Part shown: positions 45,015 to 60,339 of the stretch, one piece after another
Position numbering within the stretch: the stretch's first letter is position 1
Layout: every line of letters begins with the position of its first letter
Assembly (NCBI RefSeq): GCF_009914755.1
Contig: NC_060944.1
DNA: 64,000 bases
Direction: 5' to 3' (one strand)
Source of the DNA: the human T2T-CHM13v2.0 reference genome, Homo sapiens
Notes under the pieces: generated by a model
What the model saw: the letters and a program-made list of their open reading frames with translations, nothing else
Told to the model about the DNA's origin: nothing
Database searches by the model: none
Made by a program: the position numbers and the translations under genes

Positions 45015-45620
45015 CATCTTTCTAAAGCTTATATGGGACTCTTCTTACTTTACATTTGTTCTTGGATGACCTCATCCACTACTATGAGGTGAATTATCAC
45101 CTAGTCTCAGTCTGTAGTCCTGATCACTATCTTTACCTGGCATGCCAAGCCTATTTTCCAATTGCCTTCTGTGTACTTTGCTGCCCTGCAAACCCTCAGA
45201 CTCAACACCCCATGATGAACTTATGATCCTTCACCTCCCCCAGTCCCACCCTTTATTCCTGTATTAGTTTACCATGTCTCCTTTCTTCCCCTTTCCCATA
45301 TTGAAAACTAGGAGTCACCTGTAGCTCTTCCTCTCCTTCACATCAAATATCCAACCAGCCACCATGTCCTTTGCATGTATCTAAAGTTCTAAACTCTGGT
45401 GCCTCCTCCCATTTCTGTTATGACAGTTCTAATTTGGTTCATAGATTCTTCTTTAGAATCACATACTTTAAGATGGAGTTTGCCACTATAGGTCCATCGT
45501 CTATTTTTTAACAGTAGTGACTGGCAGGTATCTCTCCACTTCCTAGAGTTTTCCTTGCTGATCTCATCCTCAGCCATTCTTCTGCACTTAGACTTGTAGA
45601 AAAGGTCCAGATCTGCAATG
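45015..45620 (+). mobile_element. L2 fragment
   Basis: gatgacctcatccact..tatcacct...aaaactaggagtcacctgtagctcttcctctcc. Confidence 0.55.
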
Positions 45621-45894
45621 TGGATGCTGTTGGAGTGCTGGCATTTTTTCCTTCTGCTTCTCACACGGATATTATGAATGATAAATTTTTATGATGGATG
45701 AGTTCCTGACACCAGAGCCAGCAATTCCTACTCCCCATATAGTAATACAGAAAGCATGAAAAGTAGATAACTGAATCTATGAGTGCATAGGACCACTACA
45801 TATTTGGTGGTGGTGGTGGTGGTGGTGTTATGTGTGACTGTGTACATATATGTATGTTAAAACTAGATATGATAAAACCTTACCACTTTATTGC

Positions 45895-46360
45895 TGTATG
45901 AATCAGTTATTTGTGTAACCAACAACCACAGAATCTCTGTGGCATGTAACAGTGGTTGTTATCTCTAGCTCTCTCATGCGTGGCTTGGCTGAGGTTTGGC
46001 TGATTTAGGCTGGGCTCACATAAGCTTCACGTCAAGCTTTGTCTTAGGCATTTTCTGTTCCAGGCTCAGGATGTGTATGAGGCTCTGGTCTTCCCAACAT
46101 GTGTTTGTTGTGGGGCCCAGGTTTAAGAGCCAGCAGCCATGTGAAGAAGCTTCTTTTCATAGATGGCAAAATACAAGAAAGCAAGACCAATGGCACAAGT
46201 ACATTTGAAATCTTTCCTTGTGTACTGTCCACTAACATTCCTTTGGCCAAAGCAAGTTACATGGCCAAGCCCAACATCAAATGGTCTAGTGGGAGGGGCT
46301 ACAAAGGAAGTAGACACAGGGAAGGATGAAGTACTGGGAACAATAATGCAGTTGAACACA
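45895..46360 (-). mobile_element. Old MLT1 LTR
   Basis: tcagttatttgtgtaaccaacaaccac...ttggccaaagcaagttacatggccaagccc. Confidence 0.7.
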
Positions 46361-47003
46361 ATTATGATGATTGCTTTCCATAAGAAGAAAATAAATAGAA
46401 AAAAAATTGGGGTTGGTTACGTGCAAATGCCTTTCCTGCTTTATGTTTAAGTCTAATTAGCAGAGGAGATGCATTTTCCTATAAAAATTAGAAACTAAAA
46501 GAGGAGCAATGTGGATTGCTAGACAGAAGTATGTTTATGACATTATTATGTGCTAATTCTTTCTTAAGAGTGGCCATCAATTTATAAACTTCCACAGTTC
46601 TTTTGGAAACTTCCTGGGAATTGTCTATTTTCGTCCATGTTTGTAATCTCTGAGCCATATAAAGAGTGAAGTGTATTGCGACGTTTTCACTTTCAAAACT
46701 ATTCTTAGCCAATTTTGTTAGGGTCTTATAAAATGTGCTAAAGAGTCAAACGTTAACATATCAGCTTTGAATATATCAGGATATAGAATGTCAGAAGTTA
46801 AACTTAGAATTCTTACAGTATTGTGTAGCAGACTGCTAAAATTAGTATATGATTGATGACATTGTGATTTGATAGGTAATTCAAATATTTTGTAAGTGTT
46901 TCAGAGGAAAATATTGCTATAAAGCAACTGATTTAGAAATTGAAATGAGAAATGTCCCAAGAGGTGAATAGTTGTAATATTTATTCAAAAGTAATGTTGC
47001 CTA

Positions 47004-47358
47004 TCCTGCTCCTGATAACCACTATTTCATTCTCTATCTCTGTACATTTGACTGTTTCCTTCTAGGATTCCGCATATAAGTGAATCATGCAATCTTTTTT
47101 TTCTGTGTCTGTGCCAGACACAGAAAATTATGCTTATTTCACTTAGCATAATGGCTTCCAAGTATTGTGTTCGAGATTTTTGCTAAGTGAATAGCTATAG
47201 CTGCTTTTGCCATTGGAGAGTTGGGGGATGGGTAACTATGTGAGATAGTGGATATGATAATTTGTTTGACTATAGTAACTATTTTAATATATATATATAT
47301 ATAAAACATAATATCATGTTATATACCTTAAATGTGCACAATAAAATGTATTTTAAAA
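47004..47358. mobile_element. L1MA 3'UTR with 5' inversion (47004-47162 minus, 47163-47358 plus)
   Basis: Two parts of the same L1MA 3'UTR in opposite orientation; degenerate TSD aatgttgccta / aatatggccta. Confidence 0.7.
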
Positions 47359-49049
47359 TATGGCCTAAATGAACATGATGTAGGGTTTCCTTTATTAGTA
47401 TTAGGAAGGATTTTAATTGTGCATGTAGATATAAGACATTTCCATATGAAATTTATATAATAACAAAGATATTACACAAGGAAAATGGGTCTCTTTCACT
47501 TCTACACCTGAAATGTAGGCGGCGACACTTTTATCTAGTCATAGAAAACACAATGAACTTGTGGTTGAATGTACTCAAATTTTCTATCAAATTACAAAAT
47601 TTGTCAAAACTGTAACACATTTATCATCCAAATTGTCTTAAGAAACGTGCATATGACAATGTCTTTAATTTTCAGTCACCCAAATTTTCAACAGTTGTAT
47701 TATTCACAGTGAGATTCATCCAACAAATGTATATCCATTTCAACTTGGACAATTTTAAGAACTGACAACTTTCCATGTATGATATTTGTCATTCTCAGAA
47801 TCCCTTAGAAACCTCAACACTTAACCATTTACCATGTTTCAAGGGAATGTTTTTCCAGGAAAAAAAATGCACAAGTGTGAAAAAGCAGGAGAAAGAGAAG
47901 TGCAGTTTTAATAGAATGTCCAAGATTTAAGGTTATGATATGAAAACTAGGTAGCATGTTCTTAGCAAGTCTTGAATTAATGGCAAACTTATGACTTCAT
48001 TGATTTTCTTTACCCCATCCCCTGACATATAAATATATGAGAAATATAGCTTCCATACCAACACCTAAAGACAGATTTCTTATTCAATTTCTTTGAGAAA
48101 CTAAATTCAATGGCAGATGACAGCAATACCAGTGTACTGCAGAAGTATGCTCTGCATTCCTGTGTTTTGTTCATGGTATACATTCCTAATGCCCTTTTTG
48201 TGAAACCTGGTTAATAATTAAGCAAGTCAGGATGTACGAACCACCTGAAATTCTCGGATAAGTAGTTTCTTAATATCTCTTTTTGTACTTGCTATTGAAA
48301 GTATTTAGAGTTATTTTTGCTTGATTATTTACAATTTTACACTTTCTTTATAAACTAATTTTTCCTAAATACCCTAGTGTGATTTTAAAGTTTGAAATGC
48401 CTTAACATTCTCCATCAGGGACAAGTTATGTTTTGTAGTTAGCGGCTTGATACCCACATGTAGCTCTGTGTTTATGATGGCAGAGCAAAGTGAAGATTGC
48501 AGACAATTATCTTGATGGTCAGGCCTCCAGGTCAGCTGGCTGCTGTGTTTACAGATAAAGTGAGCTGGACATTGGGAAGTCCACTGGCAACTTCTGAAAT
48601 ACATAATGGTCTAAATTGCCTTCTATTCTCAGGGCCCAAGCCACTTGCTAGTGTAAGTTGGCTATTTAAGGGCGAGCATTAACTCTCGTGGGTCACCAGG
48701 GAACCATTTAATAAGTAACTAGAGGCCTGGAGATGTTCACGTATTCCTCTAAATGCCCTGGTTTTGTTACTGGTGCAGTTCACTCAAGGTCATTCTGCAG
48801 CTTCAAATATTTAATGTCCTTTCTCAAGTGAATGACCGGGTCCGGTGGAGAAGCTGGCTGATTTGTTATTTGTAGTCAGCCAGTACATAGTAAGCTAATC
48901 AAGTTCATAATAATTATATTCTGGCAAGAAAAAGCTGATTAACAGATGTAGTAGGAGTTTAGAGAGGCTGAAATAAATCCGAGTTATGATAAAACAACCT
49001 CATTAGAGAAGAGTATATACATGCATAAGGATTTTGAGCTGAATACCTT

Positions 49050-49520
49050 TATGGTTTTTTTGTAACTTTTACTTTTGACATAATTTCTTATTTTTTATTT
49101 TTTATTTTTTAATTTTTATGGGTACATAGTAGGTTTATATATTTATGGGGTACATGACATGTTTTGATACGGGCATACAATGCGTAATGATCACATCATG
49201 GAGAACTGGGTATTCATCCTCTGAAGCATTTATCCTTTGTAGTGATATAATTTCAAACTTACAAACAATTTGTAAGATCAAGACAATGAACAACTATACA
49301 TCCTTCACACAAATTCACTGATTGTTTCTCATTTTTTTCCATCTGCTACCTCATTATATCTACCAAGATATCAATCCACTTAATTTTTTTTTCCTGAACC
49401 ATTTCACGGTAAGTTGCAGACAGGATAGCCCTTCACCTTAAATAATTCAGTGCATATACTCCAAGAACAAGAACATTTTTTACGTGACCACAGTGCATAA
49501 TTATCAAAATCATAATGGTG
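49050..49520 (-). mobile_element. L1MC/ME 3' end with a nested L1MA 3' end (49087-49241)
   Basis: Nested aatttttatgggtacatagtagg...agcatttatcctttgt; TSD tgacataatttc / tgatataatttc. Confidence 0.7.
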
Positions 49521-51039
49521 CATACTACTATCCAGTTGTGGTGTATGATTTTAATATGTTATATAGAGAGAAACAAAAATGAAAATGAATGACTACTATT
49601 CCAAAATGCGAACGTGTGAGTTGCATTGGGACAGATTAGTATGCTCTGTAAAGGGGAAATTAAGCTGACTTAATTATTTAAGTCATGTATTAAGCTAAAT
49701 TTCAATTATGAAATTACTGGATGATCCAAATACATATTAGATGAGGGTCAGTCACTTATTCAATAACTCATTTGCCTATTTTAGTCAATGCTCAGGTGTC
49801 TTGTTTTTCCTAATGACTTCCAAAGGTGATGATTACTGGCACTTACTCAAGCCTAACTTTCACATACCACTTGTAAAGCAGGTTTGAATAAAAGATGCAA
49901 GGAAGGTTGACTTCAATATTCAGCCATAACTGGACCTCTTGGTGTGTTGGATTTCTGGTTTTCAGTATATAATTCAGTATAAATATAGTTAGGATACAAT
50001 AAAAGGCTGATCAAATATGTCTAAAGGAGAGAGTCAGTATAGTAACATAAGTAATATAGACAAGGCATACTATTTGAATTTTGGATTTTAAAAAATGTCA
50101 TCCTTTTATTCAGACTTTCTAATGGTGCACTATTGCAGTGATAATTAGCAAGGTTAAAAGCCTCTTCCTGAAGACTTTAGGGAGATGCTTGCCATTAGAA
50201 TAATCTGTTTATACCTATCTCATGTTTGTTTTTACAGCCTGTGTTTCAAAGAATAGTATTAAGTCTGATGGATTTTCTTGCCCGAGAAGCTAATTTAAAA
50301 AAATCGTATTCACTAGGTGAACTGCAGACTGCTAAAAGGTGGGACTAAGATGAACACTAAAGAACAACATAAAGGACAGATATCACTCACCTGTGAGGAT
50401 TTGGTTAGCGATGTGGGAGGAGAGCCTTCCTGAGTATCTTAACATCAGTGCTTCTCTGAAGGCATTGGTAGATTTTTTTTTTTTTTAAGAATGCAACATC
50501 ATCTGCAACCTGAAGTCAGTTCTGGAGGCAGGATGTACCTCATCCCTAAGCCAGTTATGGAGGCAAGACTGTACTCATATCACTGTACTCACATCATTTA
50601 CAAGGAGTAAATGCTACATAAGTGGCACCAGTGTAAGTATCTAAGGATTCAGGGGATGGGGAGATATCTTAGAGACAAATAGAGCAGACTTAAGGAATTG
50701 GATAGGTAGAAAGGAGGGAAGAGAATAAGAAATGATGTAAATAAAAATATATAACTGCAGAGAAGCAGATAACTGTTGAGGAGTGGCCAAATATGGAGGG
50801 GGGCTAATGTGTGTGTCAGGGATTTCCAGTTTCCAGTTCTCATGAAACAGGATGGGGGCTAAAGGAGTGGTCTCTACCATCCAGTTAGTAGAACAGGATG
50901 TACATAATGAGTGGATACCTTTCAAATATTCAATTACATTCAAAATTTTGCTAAAACATTTGTTCATGCACATCTTGCCATAGTGAAGTCCAGCCCAGGA
51001 ATTTCTGCCTTTGCATATGAAATGGGATATAACCAGAGA

Positions 51040-51640
51040 CTGACAAAGAACATTCAGGATAAAGAGAACTATTAACTTGACACGTATTTTGTAGGAGATG
51101 CTGTGGGAAAATAGGCACATTCACATATTGCTGGTGGGAGTGTAAATCATTACACTACCTATAGGAGGGCAACTTGATGATAACTATCAAAATTACAAAT
51201 ATGCCCTTTGCCCTGAAAGTCCAGCTTCTGTAATGTATCTTACGGAATTACTTCTGTACGATGCATAAAAAGCAGAATATTAAATCCCAAACCAAATATT
51301 TGAAAATGGAAACTGGTCAAATAAACCCTGCCAGCCATAGAATACTATGCAGCTGTAAAAGAAAAAATTTTTAAAAAAAAAGGAGAAGAAAAAGAGGAGG
51401 AGGAGAAAGATGTGCTCTATGGGTTGATTTGGAAATATCCCCTAGAAAGAAGGCAAGAATAATCACATTTGCATATATTTGCATAAAGGAACTAGAAGGA
51501 GATATAAAAAACAGAATAAAAGTGTTTTGTAGTGGGTGGAAACTGGTAGATGGAGACAAGGGTGGGTGTGAAAGTCTTCACTCTGTAAAACTTTTTATAC
51601 TTCATAATTTCTGAGCTGTTTCTGTACTAGTTAATGGAAA
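51040..51640 (+). mobile_element. Old L1ME 3' region
   Basis: cacatattgctggtgggagtgtaaat...tagaatactatgcagctgtaaaa. Confidence 0.65.
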
Positions 51641-51654
51641 AAATGAAAAGAGAA

Positions 51655-52135
51655 CTATTGTGTTCTTATAAGAATGGCAAGGACTGCTAATTTTCTACCC
51701 TAACATTTATTCTCCCAATTGTTTTTTATTTTAAACCAGAACATTGCCCTGTAGACTTAATGTTTCCAGCTTCTCTTGCAGCTAGGTGTGGTTGAGGTCA
51801 ATGAGGTATAGTAAATGCTGTGTGGTATATCTTGGTACTTTTTAAATGGATCTGTTAAGCTATGAGGGTCTTTCTGCCTTGCTTTCTTCTTTCCAATATA
51901 GATGTGATGTTCAGAAGCTCAGCAGACATCTTGGCAATGAGGGGACCTTGATATTGGAAACCATGTGCTAAGAGGACAGAGAAAGACAGACCCATGAGTC
52001 CCGGGTGATACTATGGTGCCAACATACTGGCTGCTTCTTGGTTTCTCTTATATCCAAGAAAGAAAGCTCTACCCTGTGTACATCACACTTATTTTGATCT
52101 TTATGGTGTTGATTAGGCATTGGAGTCTAATCCAG
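51655..52135 (+). mobile_element. Old MLT1 (J-type) LTR
   Basis: tttccagcttctcttgcagctaggtgtgg...gatgtgatgttcagaagctcagcagacatcttg. Confidence 0.6.
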
Positions 52136-53207
52136 TATTTGCCCCAAATGTAGAATACTGTTTTTCTTTAAGATCTTTTCTTTGCAAACTTTGCTTGGGC
52201 CCTCTAAGCTTGTGACTTTACTTCAAATCCAGTTCCACTTTGGGTTGATATAATTATGGCATGTGAAAAGTGTTTCTGGAGAATCATGAGATGTGACTAT
52301 TATCTGGTAAAGTGTGTTGCAGTCCAAAGTGCCAATGGTGGAAAAACTCCCGTAAGTGCACCCTGTCATTTTTCTTTTTAATTTAGGTGTACAGCTGAAT
52401 TTTTAATATTTCATATGCAGTTAAATTAACCATACTTCTTGTGTCAAAATAAATATGCAGAATCTCAATCATGGACTTAAAGATGCAGAAACACATTGAT
52501 TTTAGGAAAAGTACATGTCTCTTTTATTACCACACATATAATTCTGGTAAAAATTATGATGAATAATAGAGAAAAAATATGGAAACATGGATGAAATTTG
52601 TTTTATAGATTTGCAGGATGCTTGCTAACATGGTGGTAGGGAGGGCTGATGTATTTTCAGTCTGACATCTGTTAATGTGACTATAATAAATAAACTGTAT
52701 TTACTAAGTAAACATTCAACTTTTCTCTCAAAAAGATTTGGTAGTAAAAGAATATGTCATTGTCTCATTGCTGGAAGCCTCATACTTTTTCATATTGGAT
52801 GGGGAAGGGAATTCCATTAGTGGTAGCACAAGTCCATCTGTCTTACATTAGACATTTGTCTAAACCAACTTTGCTCACTGAAAAGCAGTGTAATAACACC
52901 ACTGAAGAGAGTTCTTAATAGACTGAGGAAGCAAACAAATTCAACTGGTGTTTCATAATATCTAAATTTTTAGACCTGAGATCATTTCTTTGGATTCCCT
53001 TCTACAGATTTTAATTTGCATGCCTGATTTAGCAGCCTCTTTCCCTGCTTTAAGTAGAAAGTAGAAATAATATTTTAAAACTAATTTTTACATCTTTTTT
53101 TGCATTATGGAGATGGGCTTTCCTGTGTGCTATTAGTAGAAAATCTTTTAGGAAAATAAGGAAGAAACCATGCAGAGGGACATAATTTTTCAAAAAAGGC
53201 TCAGAAG

Positions 53208-53450
53208 ATATAGCAGTTTGTCTTTATGTTTTTCAAGTTAAGATTCTCCTATAGATATATTAAACCTAATCCCCAATGAGAGGGTATTTGGATTTGGGGC
53301 CACTGAGGGGTGATTAGGGCATGGGGGCAGAGCCCTCATAAATGGGATTAGTGCCCTTGGAAAATAGGCCCAAGAGAACTCCCTTGCCCATCAGCCAGGT
53401 GAAGACACAGCAAAAAGATGGCTTTCTATGAACCAGAAAATGGCCCTCAT
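53208..53450 (+). mobile_element. MLT1A-type LTR, partial
   Basis: aaacctaatccccaatg...gcagagccctcataaatgggattagtgccctt. Confidence 0.75.
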
Positions 53451-53454
53451 GTAG

Positions 53455-54260
53455 TGTGTCTGCATCCTCTTCATCCAACTTCCCCTAACATCTTACATGA
53501 CCATAGTCCAATTTTTAAAAGCAGAAAATTAACATTGGTACAATACTGTTAAGTAAACGAGAGACCTAATTCAAACATTACCCATTTGGCAACTGATGGA
53601 TTTTTTATTCTAGAATCAACTCAATTTTCCCACAGTGAATTTAATTGTTGTGACGTTATTTAGTCTTCTGAAATCTGTGACAGTTCCTTAGTCTTTCCTT
53701 GTCTTTCACATCCTTGGCACTTTTAAAAAGTATTGGTCAGTTACTTTATGCAATGTCTCTCAGTCTTGATTTGTATGATGTTTTCTCATGATTATATTGA
53801 GGTTCTGCATTTGTATTAGTCGATTCTCACACTGGTGTGAAGAAATACCTGAGACTGGGTAATTTATAAAGAAAAGAGGTTTAATTGGCTCACAGTTCCG
53901 CTTGGCTGGGGAGGCCTCTGGAAACTTACAATCATGGTGCAAGGTACCTCTTCACAGGGTGGCAGGAGCGAGAATGAGAGCAGAGTGAAGTGGGGAAAAT
54001 CTCCTTTTAAAACTACAAAATCTCATGAGAACTCACTATCAAAAGAACAGCATGGGGGAACCCGCCCCATCATTCAATTGTCTCCACCTGGCCCCTCCCT
54101 TGACACATGGGGATTATGACAACTCAAGGTGAGATCTGGATGGGGACACAGAACCAAACCATATCAGCATTCTTGGCAAAAATACCACAGAAGTGATGCT
54201 GTGCCTTTCCCAGCACATTCTATCAGACAGAAAATGATATTTTGAAATACCATTTGGCAG
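53455..54260 (-). mobile_element. L1MC-type 3' fragment interrupted by an LTR
   Basis: aaattaacattggtacaatactgtt...aataccacagaagtgatgctgtgcc. Confidence 0.65.
53812..54166 (-). mobile_element. THE1 (C/D-type) solo LTR
   Basis: tgtattagt...ccaaaccatatca with perfect 5-bp TSD gcatt (53807-53811 / 54167-54171). Confidence 0.92.
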
Positions 54261-54637
54261 TTGGCTCTTTGACCAATTTGCCTCTAATTCAAACTCTGTA
54301 TCATTATTGAGCAAGCATTTAGTAGCTTGAAATTGTAGCTGCATATTCTCCATTTTGCTCACAAGTGTATCACATTTAGAAAGAAAGATGGGATTACTTT
54401 TATCAACTAATCTGGTGTTTTTTTCTACCTCTGTAGAAATGGAAAATAAAAGCTCAACATCTGATTATTGTAGGTGTTCTTACTAGCTGGGTTAGGAAAA
54501 GGGATAAAGATACATGTGCTGCAGTGCGTTTATAGAGGCAGGTGATGGTCAAGTATTCTTTGATGGTCAAGTACTCCTTCTGTCTAACAGCCTCAAAGAA
54601 GCTCCTTTTCTTTATATATATATATAAAATATATATA

Positions 54638-56368
<1,731 letters not shown>

Positions 56369-56864
56369 CTGTAGAACCTCTTCTCCATTCAAGGTTGCAG
56401 AAGTCTGTGACAACCAAGGAAAAGAGACAGCAATGGGGCTCTCTTACCTGTGCCTAGGAAGAATCTTACCTAGTATCTTCTTCTGCTAGGAAGAGAGAAC
56501 AGATGTATAGGATGAAGTATCTCACCTTTTGGGATCTTTTTTTAAAATAATCTCAGACCATGTAAACTCCAGCCATCAAGGGAAATGTGCTGATTCCCAC
56601 AGACCGTATTTCTTTTCTTTTTTTTATATTGCCTCAGAAAGAGAATGCATGGAACTGCTGCTGCTTCAAACTAGATATCTGACACTAGTGCTAATGGCTG
56701 GTTTCTCAGCTAATCCACCTGTCCTTCACTTCTGAAGAACTGAATGATAGTCTTTGTATTTCCAACTACAATTACAAATTACATGAAGCAAGAACAAATT
56801 TTTAGTTTTATGATTATGTGGTAAGCATTTCAATAAAGCTCCACAAATGATGGAAAGTGTGAAG

Positions 56865-56933
56865 GAGAGAAAGAGGGAGAGAGAGAAAGACACACACACA
56901 GACAGACAGACAGACACACACACACACACACAC
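56865..56933. repeat. Compound (GA)/(CAGA)/(CA)n microsatellite
   Basis: Direct reading. Confidence 0.9.
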
Positions 56934-57039
56934 GGACCCATTACCCATTATCTGGACAGAAACATCTTAATTTGCGGGAACATTAAAAATTTTTTTTCTA
57001 TGTGGCTATACATAATTATTTATAAATCTACAATTTTAT

Positions 57040-59300
57040 TTACCAAAAGTGTGTGTGTGTGTATAGTGTATACTTGCTTTTAATAATAGATATATTTTCC
57101 TTGACAATGAACATTGAGCAAATATTATCATTTTTAAAGGCTGGACAGTAGCCCCTTCTGTGGATGATCTGTACCTGATTTAAAAGGTCTCACATTGATG
57201 GAAATTTCGCCATTGTCGGCAGCGCTGTAGTGGACATCCTTGCATGTTGATTGTGCATTCTACTCAGATGTTTCCCTTTGGGTAAAAGCCTAGAATTGGA
57301 ATTATTAAGTCAAGTATATAAAAAATTGAGTCTTATTGCATATAGTTAAATTGTCTCTCAGAATAAAACTGCTCCAATTTCAACTTCCACCACGAATGTA
57401 TGAATGTGCCTATTGCCATGAATGTTTGCCGAAATAAATCTTTGGCAATATCAAAATATATCCATGTAGCCTCTATTTTATTTCTTTATTTTGAAGTTGA
57501 GCCTCCTTGCCTAAGTTATTTTTCCTATTATTTCAACCTTATTTGGTGATTTGTTGCTTATATTTTAATTAGTTTGTATGTGAGATTCTTAATGATTTTA
57601 TATATTAAGGATCTTAATGATTTTTCAGTAACTGCAAATAATTTTTCTAGTTTATAACTTATCTTTTAACTTTATTTGCTTAAAATATTACTTCTGAAAT
57701 AATTAAAAATAAACTACATAATGAAGATCTTTGTACGTACTAATATTTAATATGTGATAATGCAACAAGTATTTGTGAATATTGTAATAGGTAATATCTT
57801 AAGCATTTACAAATGTTAACTTATTTTATCCTCATAAAATTATTTAAGGTGTATCCTGATACTAAGTCGATTCTACAGTGAGCATACTTAGGCACAGAGA
57901 GGTTGAATATACTGCCTAAGTTTACATAGGACCAAGTGGAGAAACTGAATTCAAAGCCAGGCAATTACCTTTAGAGTTCTTGTTCTTGCCACTGCATTTT
58001 ATAATTGGTTAAAAAAATATTTATTTATTCCGGATATTAATTCATTGTCACTCATTTGCATTACTAATATCTTCTCCCTCTTGGAAGTCTCTCTTTTAAT
58101 TTTGTTTATGCTATATTTTGATATACACAAGTATGTCATAGCCATTATATGATTATAATAATGTGATCAGCCTTATCAATATTTTTCTTCCTGGGTATTG
58201 TTTTTGCAGCATACTAGAAAATCCATTGTTACTCTTATGCCATGAAATAGGCCTTAATATTTTCTTCCAAAAATCTTGAATTTTCATTTTTAACATTCAG
58301 AGCTTTAATCTACCTGGAGTCAATTTCTATGTTTGGTATGATAGGAACTGAATTATACCTCTTTTGTTATAGAAAATGTGTACCATCAGCAATATTTATC
58401 AATGTAACTAACTTTATTAAGTCCTTGAACTTCCCATTTTATTTCTATGTGCTTTCAAAATTTTATTATTACAGAGAATGAAATTGTTTTATTGCCTTTC
58501 AAAATTGGTTATTCTTGTGTATAGGAATGCTATTGGAGCTTAGAATATTGATCTAGTAACCCAGTAACCTTGCTTAACAATCTTTTGAATTTTAATAGTT
58601 TTTTTCTGAAGATCCTCTTGGATTTTCTATGTAGAAAATTCATAATCTATACATCACCACACACTTTTCCAACTGTTTTACCATTTTATATTTTTCTCAT
58701 CTCCTTGAATTATCTTGGGCCTCTGATAAAATACTGAATAAAAGCAGTATTTATCTGGATCCGTGTATTTTCTCTGATCTTACAGGGAAGGCTTCTTGTG
58801 TTTTAATATTAAGCATAATATCAGCTTTAGATTTGTAGAAGATATTTCTTAACAGATTAAGATCTGTTCCCTTTTATGTCTGATTCGCTGAAGGATTTAG
58901 AAAAATTATACATAGGCTAAGTTTTGTCAAATGACTTCTCTGCATATAATAAAATAAGCTTTTCTCCTCTGCTGCAAACTTCTTGCTAATATTTTATTTT
59001 GCATCTATATTTGTAAGGCAGGCCCACCTAGGATTATTATTTCTCAGACTTTTCTTGTTCAATATCAAGATAATACCACTTCATAGAATAAGTTAGAATA
59101 ATTGTCTTATTTATTTGGGTTTCTTTAGTTAGTTATTTAAGCTTTGTTATGTTCCCAGTTCTTCTCAGCCATTTACTACTAGTTTCTGTCTTGTGTGTTT
59201 TATTTATTAAAAAAGGACCCCCCTCCAGCAATAGTATAAAAATAATCACCTCTGTTTTTCTTATATTTTGAAATATTGTGGGTTTTTTTAACCTTTAAAT
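57040..59300 (-). mobile_element. Very old L1ME fragments (with a MIR at about 57760-58000)
   Basis: cctagaattggaattatt, tctacctggagtcaatttct, tataggaatgctattg, tcttggattttctatgtag. Confidence 0.6.
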
Positions 59301-60024
59301 CTTAAATAGATAACTTAGAATTGGCCTCTCCATGTATGTAATCAAAATAGGGTTATACAATTCTTATTTTAAAGCCAGAGGAAAAAAATCCAAAAATTTT
59401 TTTAGCAAAAACTTCAAATGGATTCTTCATGATGACAGCTGGGGTGCCCAAGAGAACTGCTATTGGTTTCAGGTTTAAAATAAACCTGAATCTCTACGTA
59501 ATTCAACATTATGATTTGGTACTTAATGCAAAAGTAAGCCTTCAACTCAACATATAACTGGAGAAGAAAAATTTAATTCCAGAAGCTTTCCATCTCATAT
59601 AGGTTATTACTCTGCCAGAGTAAGGATTTACTTTCTCAAGCAGTTGGAATTCCCAAGCATACTGAAGCAAGTTATAGATAGCCTGAAAAGCAATGTGAAA
59701 AGCAATGCTTCATCTCTGAAGCAAAATTTCCTTTCAGCTTTACAATCAATGATGCTATCAGTGACATGGTTTTTAAATTCTCGTTGAGAAAATTTAAAGG
59801 AAAATGTTAACTTTTTAAATGAGCAGACATGAAGAACACAGTTTACCTACAACATGAATGAAGAAGTATAGAGTTATTGCCTGTGTTGGGTTTTGTAGAT
59901 CCTTCTTGATTCCTGCTTATATTTAATAGAGATGTCAGAATGAAAATGTCCAACATGGTTAATATTAATCTTATTCCTCAGCCAGTATATTCAGGAAGGC
60001 AGTATAGTTATTTTATAATGTTGT

Positions 60025-60339
60025 TCTTTTGTTTGTGTATTTTGTTGTTGTTGTTTTGAGACAGTGTCTCACTCTGTCGCCCAGACTGGAGGGCAGTGGT
60101 GCCATCTCTGCTCATTGCAAACTCCGCCTCCTGGGTTCATGCAATTCTCATGCCTCAGCCTTGTGTGGTAGCTGGAATTACAGGCATGCGCCACCATGCC
60201 CAGCTAATTTTTGTAATTTTAGTAGTGATGGGGTTTCCCCATGTTGGCTAGGCTGGTCTCCAGCTCCTGGCTTCAAGTGATCCGCTTACCTCCGCCTCCC
60301 AAAGTGCTGGATTACAGGCGTCAGCCACTGCGCACAGCC
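60025..60339 (-). mobile_element. Diverged AluS/J
   Basis: Full dimer; TSD core tataatgtt on both sides. Confidence 0.88.

Noticed and set aside
50641-51120. 159-aa minus-strand ORF
   Set aside because: No recognisable domain or splice context; it partly overlaps an old L1 remnant; consistent with chance.
54542-54580. Short tandem duplication tgatggtcaagta x2 (similar ones near 29286, 38528, 43553, 50570, 57587)
   Set aside because: Ordinary slippage-scale duplications with no sign of function.
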